NCBI GenBank assembly: GCA_902616075.1
Contig: CACMRK010000004.1
Span: forward strand, 22,346 to 86,345
Direction: 5' to 3'
DNA: 64,000 nt
Source: an uncultured Alphaproteobacteria bacterium
GTDB lineage: Bacteria; Pseudomonadota; Alphaproteobacteria; HIMB59; GCA-002718135
Part shown: piece after piece, positions 20,513 through 31,304 of the stretch
How positions within the stretch are numbered: the first letter of the stretch is position 1
Layout: every line of letters begins with the position of its first letter
Translations under genes and position numbers: made by a program
The notes under the pieces: generated by a model
Database searches by the model: none
What the model was told of the DNA's origin: nothing
What the model saw: the letters and a program-made list of their open reading frames with translations, nothing else

Positions 20513-22095
20513 TTTTTATTCTTTAAATCATTAAATAACTTAAAAGTAATACTATCAAAAATAGCGCTATAAGATGCATCAATGATATTTGGAGATACAC
20601 CAATAGTTGTCCAGTGTGTATTGGTAGAATCAGAAGATTCAATTAATACTCTTGTTATAGCACCTGTACCTTTTTCTGATGAAAGAATCATAACTTTGTA
20701 ATCAGTTAGCTTTAAATCTTTTAGATCAGGATAATAATCAATAAGAGCTTTTCTTAATGCACTATCAATAGCATTAACTGGACCATTTCCAGTACCCACT
20801 GTCATCATATTAGAATCTTTAACTTTTAAAAATATTGTAGCCTCTGCTTCAGTAACAATTTCACCTTTAGCATTCCATCTTCTTTCATCTGTGACTCTAA
20901 ATTTTTCTAAGTTATAAAAATCCTCAAAATGACCAAGGTGACGTCTTACTAATAATTCAAAACTAGCTAAAGCAGTATCAAATGAATATCCTTCTGATTC
21001 TTTTTCCTTAATAATCTCTAAAATATTATTGATTTCATTTTTAGGTAGATCAATATTAATCTTATTTAATTGATTTAATATATTAGATCTTCCTGCCTGA
21101 TTAGAAATTACGACGTTTCTAGAATTACCAACTATTTCTGGTTCAATATGTTCATAAGTTGAAGAATTTTTTTCTATTGCGGATGCATGCAATCCACCTT
21201 TATGAGAAAAAGCATGATCTCCAACATATGGAGCATTTTTTCTTGAAGGCATGTTAAGAATATCATTCAAGGTTCTAGAAATGTGAATTAAATTTTTTAA
21301 TTTATCTTTTGAAATGTTTGTTTTATATTTTGTTTTTAAAACCAAAGATGGAATTAAGGAAATTAAATTAGTATTTCCACATCTTTCTCCTAAACCGTTA
21401 ATCGTTCCCTGTATCTGTCTTGCTCCAGCATTAATAGCTGCTAATGCATTTGCAACTGCATTATCAGTATCATTGTGAGCATGTATACCAACATTTTGAC
21501 CTGGTATAACTTTTACTACTTCTGAAACAATATTGTAAATTTCATCAGGAAGAGTTCCCCCATTTGTATCACAAAGAACAACCCATCTTGCACCAGCCTC
21601 ATACGCTGCTTTAATACAATTCAATGCAAACTCTTTATTTTCTTTAAAGCCATCAAAAAAATGTTCTGCATCAAAAATTGACTCTTTGTTTTTATTTTTT
21701 ATTGATTGAATACTATCACTGATCATTTTTAAATTTTCATCTTCAGATATTTCTAAAGCATTTTTTACATGAAATGATGATGATTTACCTACAATACAAA
21801 CACAACTTGCGCTTGAATTAATAAGTGCATTTAATCCTGGATCGTTATCTGCACTTCTCCCTGGTCTTCTTGTCATACCAAAGGCAGTTAATTTACTTTT
21901 TGAAAATTTTGTATTTCTTGAAAAAAAATCATTATCGGTAGGATTTGCTCCCGGCCATCCACCTTCAATGTAATCTATTCCTAAATCATCAAGATGTTGA
22001 GATATATTCATTTTGTCACTAACAGAAAAATTAACTCCTGTTGTTTGCTGACCATCTCTAAGTGTGGTATCGAATAAATATACTTTATCTTCCAT
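20509..22095 (-). CDS. cimA: citramalate synthase (LeuA-related, TIGR00977-like)
   Basis: TTLRDGQQ, the GGWPGANPTD motif typical of CimA-type enzymes and a C-terminal LeuA-dimer regulatory domain; 528 aa. Confidence 0.7.
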   Translation of the reverse strand: MEDKVYLFDTTLRDGQQTTGVNFSVSDKMNISQHLDDLGIDYIEGGWPGANPTDNDFFSRNTKFSKSKLTAFGMTRRPGRSADNDPGLNALINSSASCVCIVGKSSSFHVKNALEISEDENLKMISDSIQSIKNKNKESIFDAEHFFDGFKENKEFALNCIKAAYEAGARWVVLCDTNGGTLPDEIYNIVSEVVKVIPGQNVGIHAHNDTDNAVANALAAINAGARQIQGTINGLGERCGNTNLISLIPSLVLKTKYKTNISKDKLKNLIHISRTLNDILNMPSRKNAPYVGDHAFSHKGGLHASAIEKNSSTYEHIEPEIVGNSRNVVISNQAGRSNILNQLNKINIDLPKNEINNILEIIKEKESEGYSFDTALASFELLVRRHLGHFEDFYNLEKFRVTDERRWNAKGEIVTEAEATIFLKVKDSNMMTVGTGNGPVNAIDSALRKALIDYYPDLKDLKLTDYKVMILSSEKGTGAITRVLIESSDSTNTHWTTIGVSPNIIDASYSAIFDSITFKLFNDLKNKN

Positions 22096-22133
22096 AATTA
22101 CTAGATCGCTAATAGAGTATAAATTTAAATTTA

Positions 22134-23468
22134 CTAGATTTTTCCAAGTTTTTGCAAGATTTCGTCTCTATCAAATAATGGTAGTAGATATTTTAATTCG
22201 GGTCCATGAGATTTTCCTGTCAAAATCAACCTCAAAGGCATAAATAAATCTTTTCCTTTAAGCCCAGTTTTTTTGTTAATTTTTGATGTCCAATGATCCC
22301 ATGTTGTTTCATCAAAAGGATCCTCAGGTAATTCATCAACTGCCGTATTAATAAAATTATCATCAATATTTAAATCTTTAGCATTATTTATTTTTGTAAT
22401 TACTTCTTCCCATTCTTTAGCTTGTTTAATAAATGAAATATTATTTTTAATAAAACGCCAAAAACTCTCTTTTTGAAAATTTGATTTTATATTTTTTAAC
22501 TTATGACTAATCTCATTATAACTAAATAATTTAATGGTATTTTCATTAAGATTTCTTAAGGATTCAATTGAAAATTTAGCAGAAGATCTAGATAAGCTTT
22601 GAATATCAAATTTTTTTACTATTTCATTTAAATCTTTGATTGGATCAATATTACTGCTCGAACCAATAAATAGAAAATAATTAAGTAACGATATATTTTC
22701 ATATCCTTCGTCTCTAAAATTTTCAATTGAAAGACTTCCAAGTCTTTTGCTAAAACCCTTACCAGTTTCATCAACTAAGAATGGATGATGAGCAAATGAT
22801 GGAATAGAAGATTCAAGAGCCTTAAAAATTTGAATATGATAGGCAGTATTAGCTATGTGATCCTCCCCTCTAATAATATGTGTAATTTTTTCTTCAATAT
22901 CATCAATGACTGAAGGTAAATGGTATAACAATGTTCCATCAGCTCTAATTAAAACAGGATCACTCAAATTTTTTGCATCAAATGTAACATCTCCTTTAAT
23001 AATATCTTTCCAACTAATATTTTCATGATCTAATTTGAATCTCCAATGGGGTTGGATTCCTGATTCTATTTTTTTTTCTACTTCTTCATCACTTAGATTT
23101 AATGATGATCTATCATAAATAGGTGGTTTTCCAGATGATAACAAAGATTTTTTCTTTAAAGCTAATTCCTCTTCTGTTTCAAAACATGGATAAAGTCTTT
23201 TCTTTTGTTTTAGAATTTGGATTTTCTCATTGTAAATATGTTGTCTAGAGGACTGATTAAAAGTGTAACTCCAATTTAATCCAAGCCATTTAAGATCATC
23301 TTTGATACTTGTCTCAAATTCTTTAGAACTCCTATTGGCATCAGTATCATCAATTCTTAATACAAACTCACCTTGATTTTTATGACAAAAAATCCAATTC
23401 AAAATTGCTGATCTAGCATTACCGATATGTATTTTTCCTGTAGGGCTAGGAGCGAACCTACACTTCAT
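22134..23468 (-). CDS. gltX: glutamate--tRNA ligase
   Basis: RFAPSPTGKIHIGNARSA (HIGH) and GFSKRLGS (KMSKS-like); 444 aa. Confidence 0.9.
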   Translation of the reverse strand: MKCRFAPSPTGKIHIGNARSAILNWIFCHKNQGEFVLRIDDTDANRSSKEFETSIKDDLKWLGLNWSYTFNQSSRQHIYNEKIQILKQKKRLYPCFETEEELALKKKSLLSSGKPPIYDRSSLNLSDEEVEKKIESGIQPHWRFKLDHENISWKDIIKGDVTFDAKNLSDPVLIRADGTLLYHLPSVIDDIEEKITHIIRGEDHIANTAYHIQIFKALESSIPSFAHHPFLVDETGKGFSKRLGSLSIENFRDEGYENISLLNYFLFIGSSSNIDPIKDLNEIVKKFDIQSLSRSSAKFSIESLRNLNENTIKLFSYNEISHKLKNIKSNFQKESFWRFIKNNISFIKQAKEWEEVITKINNAKDLNIDDNFINTAVDELPEDPFDETTWDHWTSKINKKTGLKGKDLFMPLRLILTGKSHGPELKYLLPLFDRDEILQKLGKI

Positions 23469-23469
23469 A

Positions 23470-24210
23470 TTATTCTTTAGGAATTTCGCAAACGGGAATA
23501 GGCTTCATCTTATGAAGATTTGGCTTTCTAATTTCTTCGTATCTACTGTAATATTCACTAGACTTATTATCCATTGCTTCTTCTAATTGCTTATATGAAA
23601 GACCAAGCTGGCTTTCATCATTTCTACTATCATCCCATAAACCATCTGTCGGTGCTGCGCTAATAATATCTTTTATAACCCCAATTTCTTCGGCTAATTC
23701 CCACACCTCAGTTTTAGTACAATCTGCTATTGGCGATATATCTACACCTCCATCACCATATTTTGTATAAAATCCAACACCAAAATCTTCAACTTTATTT
23801 CCAGTACCGACAACTATACCATTATTACTTTGAGCTATTTGGTATAGAGTTACCATTCTTAGTCTAGATCTTGAATTTGCAAAAGCTAACTCACTATCAA
23901 AATTTTGCATTGTATTTTGAAATGTTTTAAAAACATTATCTAGCTCGATTATTTTTGTTTCTACATTTGGGTAATTTTGCTCTAAAAATTCTAAATGTCT
24001 TAAACTTAAATCATGTTGTGATGAATTTTGCTTAATTGGCATTGAAACAGCTATAGTTTTTAAACCAGTTTGAGCACATAAGGTGCTAGTAAGAGCTGAG
24101 TCAACTCCTCCTGACACTCCTATTACTAGTGTAGTTGGATTATTATTTATAGATTTAGCGTAATCTTTAATCCAATTGGTAATGTATACGATTTTATCTT
24201 TTGAATTCAT
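23470..24210 (-). CDS. nadE: NH3-dependent NAD+ synthetase
   Basis: GVSGGVDSALT PP-loop; 246 aa. Confidence 0.88.
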   Translation of the reverse strand: MNSKDKIVYITNWIKDYAKSINNNPTTLVIGVSGGVDSALTSTLCAQTGLKTIAVSMPIKQNSSQHDLSLRHLEFLEQNYPNVETKIIELDNVFKTFQNTMQNFDSELAFANSRSRLRMVTLYQIAQSNNGIVVGTGNKVEDFGVGFYTKYGDGGVDISPIADCTKTEVWELAEEIGVIKDIISAAPTDGLWDDSRNDESQLGLSYKQLEEAMDNKSSEYYSRYEEIRKPNLHKMKPIPVCEIPKE

Positions 24211-24231
24211 AAGTATTATATAAATATAAAT

Positions 24232-25605
24232 TTATAAATTTGAAGATTGCTTTGAGAGCAATTTTTCTTCTTTTAAAAAATCTGATAATAAAAAAGCCAA
24301 TTCTAGAGACTGCGAGGCATTTAGTCTCGGATCACAATATGTATGATATCTATTTTTTAAATCTTCATCTGTTATTTCTTGAAGACCTCCCATACATTCT
24401 GTAACATCTTGACCAGTCATTTCTAAATGGACGCCGCCTGGATATGTTCCTTCGCTTCTATGAATTTGAAAAAATTGCTGAATTTCAGAAATTATATCTT
24501 TTAATGGCCTAGTTTTAAAACCCGTGTTAGATTTGATAGTATTTCCATGCATGGGGTCACAAGTCCAAACAACATTTTTACCAGCTGAATTAATTGATCT
24601 AATTATTTTTGGAAGTATTCCACTAACTTTTTCATGACCCATTCTGCATATCAGCGTTATTTTTCCAGCTTCATTATTTGGATTCAACACATCTAATATC
24701 TTTAATAGTTCTTCTGTCTTTGTGCTTGGACCTACTTTAATACCTATAGGGTTCTCAATACCTCTTAAAAATTCAATATGTGCTCCATCAAGTTGTCGTG
24801 TTCTGTCACCTACCCACAACATATGAGCTGAAACATCGTACCACTTACCTGAAGTACTATCTATTCTTGTTAATGCTTCCTCATATTGAAGAAGTAAAGC
24901 TTCATGACTTGTAAAGAAGTCTGTTTCATTTAATTGTCTTACACTGTTTCCATTTATTCCACATGCCTCCATAAAAGATAAGCATTCGTCAATTCTAGAA
25001 GATATCTCTCTAAATTTAGCAGCATTCTCACCTTTGACAAAATTTAGGTTCCATTGATGTATTTTATTTAAATTGGCAAAACCGCCCTGAGAAAAAGCTC
25101 TTAAAAGATTAAGTGTAGATGCAGACTGATTGTAGGCCTGAATTAATCTATCTGGATTAGGATCTCTGTCTTTTTGATTGAAGTCTATCCCATTAATTAT
25201 ATCGCCTTTATAAGACTCAAGTTCTAAATCATTAATAACTTCTGTTGCAGATGATCTTGGCTTTGCAAACTGTCCAGCAATTCTTCCTACTTTAACAATT
25301 GGACAAGAAGCGCCAAACGTTAATACAACAGCCATTTGTAAAATAACTTTAAATGTATCTCTAATATTATCTGGATGAAAATCTGCAAAACTTTCTGCAC
25401 AATCTCCACCTTGTAATAAAAAAGCATTTCCGTTTGAAACTTCTCCAAGTTTCTTTTTTAATAGTCTCGCTTCTCCAGCAAAAACTAAAGGTGGATATTT
25501 GGAAATTTCATTTAGAGTTTTATTTAGATGATCTTCATTCTGATAGTTAGGCATATGAAGAGCATTTTTATTTCTCCAACTATTTGGTGACCATTTATCG
25601 CTCAT
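24232..25605 (-). CDS. class II (plant-like) 3-deoxy-7-phosphoheptulonate (DAHP) synthase
   Basis: 457 aa. N-terminal WSPNSWRNK..A.HMPNY, plus IAGQFAKPRS and DPMHGNT motifs of AroA(II). Confidence 0.88.
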   Translation of the reverse strand: MSDKWSPNSWRNKNALHMPNYQNEDHLNKTLNEISKYPPLVFAGEARLLKKKLGEVSNGNAFLLQGGDCAESFADFHPDNIRDTFKVILQMAVVLTFGASCPIVKVGRIAGQFAKPRSSATEVINDLELESYKGDIINGIDFNQKDRDPNPDRLIQAYNQSASTLNLLRAFSQGGFANLNKIHQWNLNFVKGENAAKFREISSRIDECLSFMEACGINGNSVRQLNETDFFTSHEALLLQYEEALTRIDSTSGKWYDVSAHMLWVGDRTRQLDGAHIEFLRGIENPIGIKVGPSTKTEELLKILDVLNPNNEAGKITLICRMGHEKVSGILPKIIRSINSAGKNVVWTCDPMHGNTIKSNTGFKTRPLKDIISEIQQFFQIHRSEGTYPGGVHLEMTGQDVTECMGGLQEITDEDLKNRYHTYCDPRLNASQSLELAFLLSDFLKEEKLLSKQSSNL

Positions 25606-25652
25606 AATTTGAAAAGGCTCATAAACCCTAATATATCTTGAAACAAGGGTTA

Positions 25653-26951
25653 TTATTTAGATCTTTTATTTCTTAGAATTTTTAAGGCTGATCTTTCAAT
25701 AGCAAGTGAATTTTTGGGAATATTTTTAGTGATAACACTACCTGCGCCAATTCTAGATTTAGACTCAATTACAACTGGAGCAATGAGTGATGTGTTTGAA
25801 CCTATAAATACATTATCTTTTATTATCGTTTTGTGTTTTTTCTTTCCATCATAGTTACAAGTTATAGTGCCGGCACCTATATTCACATTATTTCCTATTT
25901 CTGAATCTCCAACATATGAAAGATGAGCAATAGAAACATTATTTCCAATTTTAGAATTTTTTATTTCAACAAAGTTACCAATCCTTGATTTTTTTCCGAT
26001 TTTTGTTTTTGGCCTTAATCTAGCACTTGGACCAATATGTGAATTTTCATCTATTGTAACCTCTTCTAAGTATGAATTACTTTTAATTATTGAACCTTTT
26101 TTTATAATTGTTTTTTCCTTTATTGTAACATTGCTTTCAATTGTAACAGTAGGTTCAATTTTGGTGTCATAGCTTAAATAACAAGTATTGGGTTTTAAAA
26201 AATTGACTCCATTTTTTATAAAATTTTTTACGTATTTTTTTTGCAAGATATTTTGTACAACATTAAAATCATCCAATGTATTTATGCCCAACATTGTTTC
26301 TTTGTTGCACTCAATATAATTAATAGGAATATTTTTTTTTGAAAAAATTTTGCATATATCAGGAAGATATCTTTCTTTTTTAATTTTATTTTCTTTAATA
26401 TTTTTTAAATTATCAAATAATAATTTAGTATTTGCTATCAAAATACCAGAATTACATAAATTAATTTTTTTTTGTTCAGGTTTTAAATTGATTTGCTCAA
26501 TTATTTCTTCAACGTAGTTGTTATTCAATAATAACCTACCATAACCATGTGGCTCTGAGGTATTAAATGCAATTAATGAAGCTTTCGCTTTACTTTTTTT
26601 AAATTTACTTACTAGTTTTCTTATATCTTTAATTTCAACTAAAGGTGTATCACCAAATAAAATTAAAATATTTTTTGATTTAACATATTTTTTAACTTGC
26701 TCAATTGCATCAGCGGTTCCTTTTTGTTTTTTTTGAACAACTAACTTTGAAGTATTTAATATTAATTTTAATTCTTCTTTATTTTTTTCATTAGATACAA
26801 CTAATATATTTTTACCAGATATTTTTTTTGCAATATTAAAAATATGTGAAACAATTGGTAACCCGCATAATTGATAAACAAGCTTTGATTTACTTGCTTT
26901 AAATCTCGTACTATTGCCTGCAGCAAGTATAACAGTTGTAATATCAGACAT
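25653..26951 (-). CDS. glmU: bifunctional UDP-N-acetylglucosamine pyrophosphorylase / GlcN-1-P N-acetyltransferase
   Basis: N-terminal LAAGNSTRFKS nucleotidyltransferase motif and C-terminal hexapeptide-repeat (LbH) domain. Confidence 0.88.
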   Translation of the reverse strand: MSDITTVILAAGNSTRFKASKSKLVYQLCGLPIVSHIFNIAKKISGKNILVVSNEKNKEELKLILNTSKLVVQKKQKGTADAIEQVKKYVKSKNILILFGDTPLVEIKDIRKLVSKFKKSKAKASLIAFNTSEPHGYGRLLLNNNYVEEIIEQINLKPEQKKINLCNSGILIANTKLLFDNLKNIKENKIKKERYLPDICKIFSKKNIPINYIECNKETMLGINTLDDFNVVQNILQKKYVKNFIKNGVNFLKPNTCYLSYDTKIEPTVTIESNVTIKEKTIIKKGSIIKSNSYLEEVTIDENSHIGPSARLRPKTKIGKKSRIGNFVEIKNSKIGNNVSIAHLSYVGDSEIGNNVNIGAGTITCNYDGKKKHKTIIKDNVFIGSNTSLIAPVVIESKSRIGAGSVITKNIPKNSLAIERSALKILRNKRSK

Positions 26952-26955
26952 TAAG

Positions 26956-27594
26956 TTAGAAATTTCTTAAAATTTCGTTTCCAACATTAATTATTTCTTT
27001 TGAAGCATCTGATGTAACACTTATATCTACTACACCCCTTCCAACTGAGAATGTTTCTGCAAATAATACTTTGCTCGACAGTCGGGAGCGAGCAATTTTA
27101 GCACCAGCGTATCTTAAACGCAAAATCATTGCGTCAGTTAATTTTGCTCTCGGCATCACTCTATTAAGAATAATTATTGGATTTTTTCTTTCTTGTTTTG
27201 CAATTTTTAAAAAAGGAAGTGTAGCCATTAAGTCTACTGGACTTGGTTGTACTGGAACAAATACTCTATCAGAAGCTTTTACAACCTGCATTGTTTCAAA
27301 AGTTATAGATGGAGGGCTATCAATTATTATAAAGTCGTACTTTCTTTTTATGGCTTTAATTTCATCTATTAAATTCCTTATATCAAAATTTAATTGAGTT
27401 ATTCCAATATCATCTTCACCATAATAAGATTTTCTTGCTTCAAGCCAATATGATAGACTTTTTTGTGCATCAGCATCTATAACAGCTACTTTGTAACCAC
27501 TATTGCTCCACAAAACTGATAAATTTGCTGAAAGAGTTGATTTACCTGAACCACCTTTTTGATTCGAAAATGCTATAACTTTTCCCATATACAA
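26956..27594 (-). CDS. orphan ParA/MinD-like P-loop ATPase (no ParB partner nearby)
   Basis: Deviant Walker A NQKGGSGKST; 212 aa. The start may be Met3 (27588). Confidence 0.75.
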   Translation of the reverse strand: MYMGKVIAFSNQKGGSGKSTLSANLSVLWSNSGYKVAVIDADAQKSLSYWLEARKSYYGEDDIGITQLNFDIRNLIDEIKAIKRKYDFIIIDSPPSITFETMQVVKASDRVFVPVQPSPVDLMATLPFLKIAKQERKNPIIILNRVMPRAKLTDAMILRLRYAGAKIARSRLSSKVLFAETFSVGRGVVDISVTSDASKEIINVGNEILRNF

Positions 27595-27645
27595 GTATTG
27601 ATAATAACTATTTTAAAGATAGATGGAAACATTTTATAAAAAAAT

Positions 27646-28563
27646 ATGAAAAAAAATAAGTTAGATATTGCAAAAAATTTATTAAGCAGTGGAGAACTTG
27701 TAATATTTCCCACAGAAACAGTATTTGGTCTTGGAGCAGATGCAACAAATGATGAGGCTGTAAAATCTATTTTTAAAGTAAAAAAAAGACCAAGAAGTAA
27801 TCCAATTATCTGTCACTTTAAAAGTATTAAACAAATAGAAAAATATTTTATTTTAAATAAATTTGAAAAAAAATTAGGTTCAAAATTCTGGCCTGGTCCT
27901 TTGACAATAATATTAAAAAAAAAGAAAAATTCTAAAATATCAAAATTAGTCTCTAATAACTCAACTTTAGTTGGCTGCAGAATTCCTGGTAATAAATTGG
28001 CTAAAAAATTAATTACTTTATTTGACCTACCTATTGCAGCCCCTAGTGCTAATCTGTCAGAAAGAACTTCCGTAACCAATATTATGGATATTGATCCTAT
28101 TCTAGTAAAAAAAATATTTGTTTTAAAAGATAAACAGTCTTCTCATGGACTAGAGTCCACAGTTGTTAGAATTGATACCAATAATGAAATTGAAGTATTA
28201 AGATATGGCAGCATAACTGTTGAAGAGCTAAATAAATATGCAAAAGTAAAAATTAAAAAGAAATCATCTATTTCTCCTGGTAATTTAAAAAAACATTATT
28301 CAACTTTAAAGCCAATAAGAATGAATGCTAAGAGAATACTAAAAAATGAAGGTTTATTAAATTTTGGTAATAATAAATTAAAGTCTAAAATAATTAATTT
28401 AAATTTGAGTAATAAAAAAAATTTAAATGAAGCAGCAAAAAATTTTTATCATTATCTTCATAAATTAGATCAAAGTAGATGCAAAAAAATTGCTGTAGTA
28501 GAAATACCTGATAAAGGGCTTGGCAAAACTATAAATGACAGATTAAGAAGAGCAATTAAGTAA
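27646..28563 (+). CDS. tsaC: L-threonylcarbamoyladenylate synthase (Sua5/YrdC type)
   Basis: YrdC-domain motif FPTETVFGLGADA, SANLS, and a C-terminal Sua5 domain. Confidence 0.8.
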   Translation: MKKNKLDIAKNLLSSGELVIFPTETVFGLGADATNDEAVKSIFKVKKRPRSNPIICHFKSIKQIEKYFILNKFEKKLGSKFWPGPLTIILKKKKNSKISKLVSNNSTLVGCRIPGNKLAKKLITLFDLPIAAPSANLSERTSVTNIMDIDPILVKKIFVLKDKQSSHGLESTVVRIDTNNEIEVLRYGSITVEELNKYAKVKIKKKSSISPGNLKKHYSTLKPIRMNAKRILKNEGLLNFGNNKLKSKIINLNLSNKKNLNEAAKNFYHYLHKLDQSRCKKIAVVEIPDKGLGKTINDRLRRAIK

Positions 28564-29886
28564 TTACAATCTATTTAAATAATCCATTAACCTATAATAA
28601 ATAATGGCTGAAGAATACAATGGTCTTCTAAACATGTTGCCACCTGGAATTTTAAAATGATTAATTTGCTCAAACATATCAAAATTATTTGATTTATTTA
28701 AAATTTTTTCAGCTACCATTTTTCCTCCCATAATACTCATAGCTAAACCATGCCCAGAGTAAGCATGAGCATAATATAACTTTTGATTCATTATAGTTCC
28801 AAAAATAGGCAATCTATTAATCGATATTGCCAAGGTACCTCCCCAAGAAAATTCAATTTTAAATTTTTTTAATTCAGGAAAAACTTTATACATTCGTTTA
28901 GAAACAAAACTCTTTGCATCTTTTACAAAATGAGATGTAATTGTTTCAGGTCCTCCAAAAAGAAGTCTGTAGTCTTCTGAAAATCTATAATAATCAATCA
29001 TAAATCTAGAATCTATTACGCCACAATTTCTTTTGATTAATTTAGTTGCCAGATTTTTTCCGAGAGGTTCAGTTGCAATAATATAATTGTTTATAGGCAT
29101 AAAATAATTTCTTTTTGATCCTAAAAGATTATCAAGATAACCATTACAACCAATAATTACTTTCTTCGCTTTAATAATATTTTTTCCAGAATGAATTATA
29201 ACTTCTTTTTGATTATCAATAATTTTATCAGCTGGAGAATTTTCATATATATTTATACCATTTGCTAAACACTGTTCTGCTAAGCCATATGTTAGTTTTA
29301 ATGGGTTCAAATGATAAGAATCCTTTAAAAGCATCCCAGAAAAATATCTGTCACTATTAACTTCATCTCTTATTGAATTGTGATCAAAGTATTCATAGTT
29401 ATTATAATTATAATTCTTCTGCATATGCTCAATTTCATCTTCAAAATACTTATAATCTTTTTTTGTGTTGCCAACATGAAGAACACCTTGTCTAAGAGCA
29501 CAATCAATTTTGTATTTTTCAATTAAATTAACTACATTTGACACAGCATCTAATCCAACTTTCCAAAAAAAGTTTGATTTTTCAATACCAAATTTTTTTT
29601 CCAGGTAGAACTGATCCTTTCTCATACCAATTCCTAGTTGACCACCATTCCTACCAGAGGCACCAGATCCAACTTTGTTTGCTTCCAAAATAGTTATTGA
29701 TAAACCTTGATTAGATAAATTTAATGCAGAAGAAATACCTGTTAAACCACCTCCAATAATACATACATCAGTTGAAATATTCTCATTTAATTTAATTTGA
29801 TTAGGAAAATTAGGTGCCGAAAATTTATAAAAACTCTCTTTTTCATTATCATGTTGATTAAAGGTCCTTTTTTTTGTAGTAAACAT
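28564..29886 (-). CDS. FAD-dependent oxidoreductase (DAO family; gamma-glutamylputrescine oxidase PuuB-like)
   Basis: Dinucleotide fold VCIIGGGLTGISSAL. Divergent from a PuuA-like gene and next to pot/agu genes. Confidence 0.65.
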   Translation of the reverse strand: MFTTKKRTFNQHDNEKESFYKFSAPNFPNQIKLNENISTDVCIIGGGLTGISSALNLSNQGLSITILEANKVGSGASGRNGGQLGIGMRKDQFYLEKKFGIEKSNFFWKVGLDAVSNVVNLIEKYKIDCALRQGVLHVGNTKKDYKYFEDEIEHMQKNYNYNNYEYFDHNSIRDEVNSDRYFSGMLLKDSYHLNPLKLTYGLAEQCLANGINIYENSPADKIIDNQKEVIIHSGKNIIKAKKVIIGCNGYLDNLLGSKRNYFMPINNYIIATEPLGKNLATKLIKRNCGVIDSRFMIDYYRFSEDYRLLFGGPETITSHFVKDAKSFVSKRMYKVFPELKKFKIEFSWGGTLAISINRLPIFGTIMNQKLYYAHAYSGHGLAMSIMGGKMVAEKILNKSNNFDMFEQINHFKIPGGNMFRRPLYSSAIIYYRLMDYLNRL

Positions 29887-29936
29887 TAACTTATCTTTAA
29901 TGGTTTAATAATAATTAGTAAACAAACAGTCTCAAT

Positions 29937-31304
29937 ATGATTGAAAAATTTCAAAATTGGTTTCATGAAAACTCTATTACAGAAGTTGAATGTTTAGTTC
30001 CAGATCTTGGAGGTATAGCAAGGGGAAAAATTTTACCAACTAATAAATTTTTAAAAGGACTGGAAGATGAAAGTCACAGATTACCACAGTCAACTTTTAT
30101 TCAAACAATATCAGGAGATTATGCAACTGAGGACTCTGCCGGTGCTTTACCAAGAAGTGTTTACAATCCAACTGACATTGATGTAATTTTAAAACCAGAT
30201 TTTAATACAATGAGAGTAGTGCCATGGTACGAAGACCCTACTGCACAAATTATCTGCGATGCAATAAATCTTAACGGAGATGATGTTATAAATTCTAGTA
30301 GGAATGCTCTAAAAAATATTCTTAAACTTTATAAAAAAGATAAATTAACTCCAATTGTTTCACCAGAGTTAGAATTTTATTTAGTAAAACCTAATGCTGA
30401 CTCAGATTATCCTCTTGAAGTGCCAGTGGGTCAATCAGGTAGACAAGAAACAGGTAAGCAAGCCTTGGGTATAGATGCTGTTAACGAATTTGATCATCTT
30501 TTTGAAGATGTATATAATTATTGTGAAGCACAAAATATTGAAATTGATACTATTAACCATGAATCTGGTTCAGCTCAGATGGAAATTAATTTTCAGCATG
30601 GTGATCCTTTAGATCTAGCAGATCAGGTATTTTTATTTAAACGAACTCTAAGACAGTCGGCTTTGAAACATAAACTTCATGCAACATTTATGGCAAAACC
30701 TATGGAGAACCAACCAGGTAGTGCAATGCACATACATCAATCGATATATAATGAAAAAAATAAAAATATTTTTTTTAATCAATCATCTAAAATTTCAAAA
30801 AAAATGAAAAATTATTTAGGTGGGTTGGAAAAATATACTCCATTATTAATGCCTATATACGCTCCAAATATAAATTCATTTAGAAGATTGTTTGCAACTT
30901 GGGGTGCTCCTAAAAATGTTAAATGGGGAATAGGTAATAGAAGTTGTGGTTTTAGAATTCCATCAATTGAGGAAAGGAATATACGTATTGAAAATAGAAT
31001 TCCTGGATCTGATACAAATCCATATCTTGTTTTTGCAGCTAATTTAGCTTCAGGATATTTAGGAATGAAAAACAATTTAAAACCAAATCCAGAAACTAAA
31101 GATAGTGCATTTAAAGATAAAAATTCTAATTTACCTAAAAATATGGATGAATCGTTAACTCTCTTTGAAAATGATGAAGATATAAAATCTATATTTAACG
31201 AAAAATTTGTGAGGTCGATTGCTGCGATAAGAAGAGTTGAGTATCAAGCTTATTTATCAGTAATAAGTTCTTGGGAGCGAGAATATTTATTACTTAATGT
31301 TTAA
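29937..31304 (+). CDS. glutamine synthetase family protein (gamma-glutamyl-polyamine synthetase PuuA-like)
   Basis: GS catalytic-domain motifs (PELEFYL, NHESGSAQMEINF, KPMENQPGSAMHIHQS, NRSCGFRIP). Confidence 0.7.
   Translation: MIEKFQNWFHENSITEVECLVPDLGGIARGKILPTNKFLKGLEDESHRLPQSTFIQTISGDYATEDSAGALPRSVYNPTDIDVILKPDFNTMRVVPWYEDPTAQIICDAINLNGDDVINSSRNALKNILKLYKKDKLTPIVSPELEFYLVKPNADSDYPLEVPVGQSGRQETGKQALGIDAVNEFDHLFEDVYNYCEAQNIEIDTINHESGSAQMEINFQHGDPLDLADQVFLFKRTLRQSALKHKLHATFMAKPMENQPGSAMHIHQSIYNEKNKNIFFNQSSKISKKMKNYLGGLEKYTPLLMPIYAPNINSFRRLFATWGAPKNVKWGIGNRSCGFRIPSIEERNIRIENRIPGSDTNPYLVFAANLASGYLGMKNNLKPNPETKDSAFKDKNSNLPKNMDESLTLFENDEDIKSIFNEKFVRSIAAIRRVEYQAYLSVISSWEREYLLLNV

Noticed and set aside
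25606-25652. AACCCT...AGGGTT inverted repeat between glmU and the DAHP synthase gene as a terminator.
   Set aside because: The stem is only 6 bp, the loop is 16 nt and there is no T-run on the transcribed strand. This is too weak to call.
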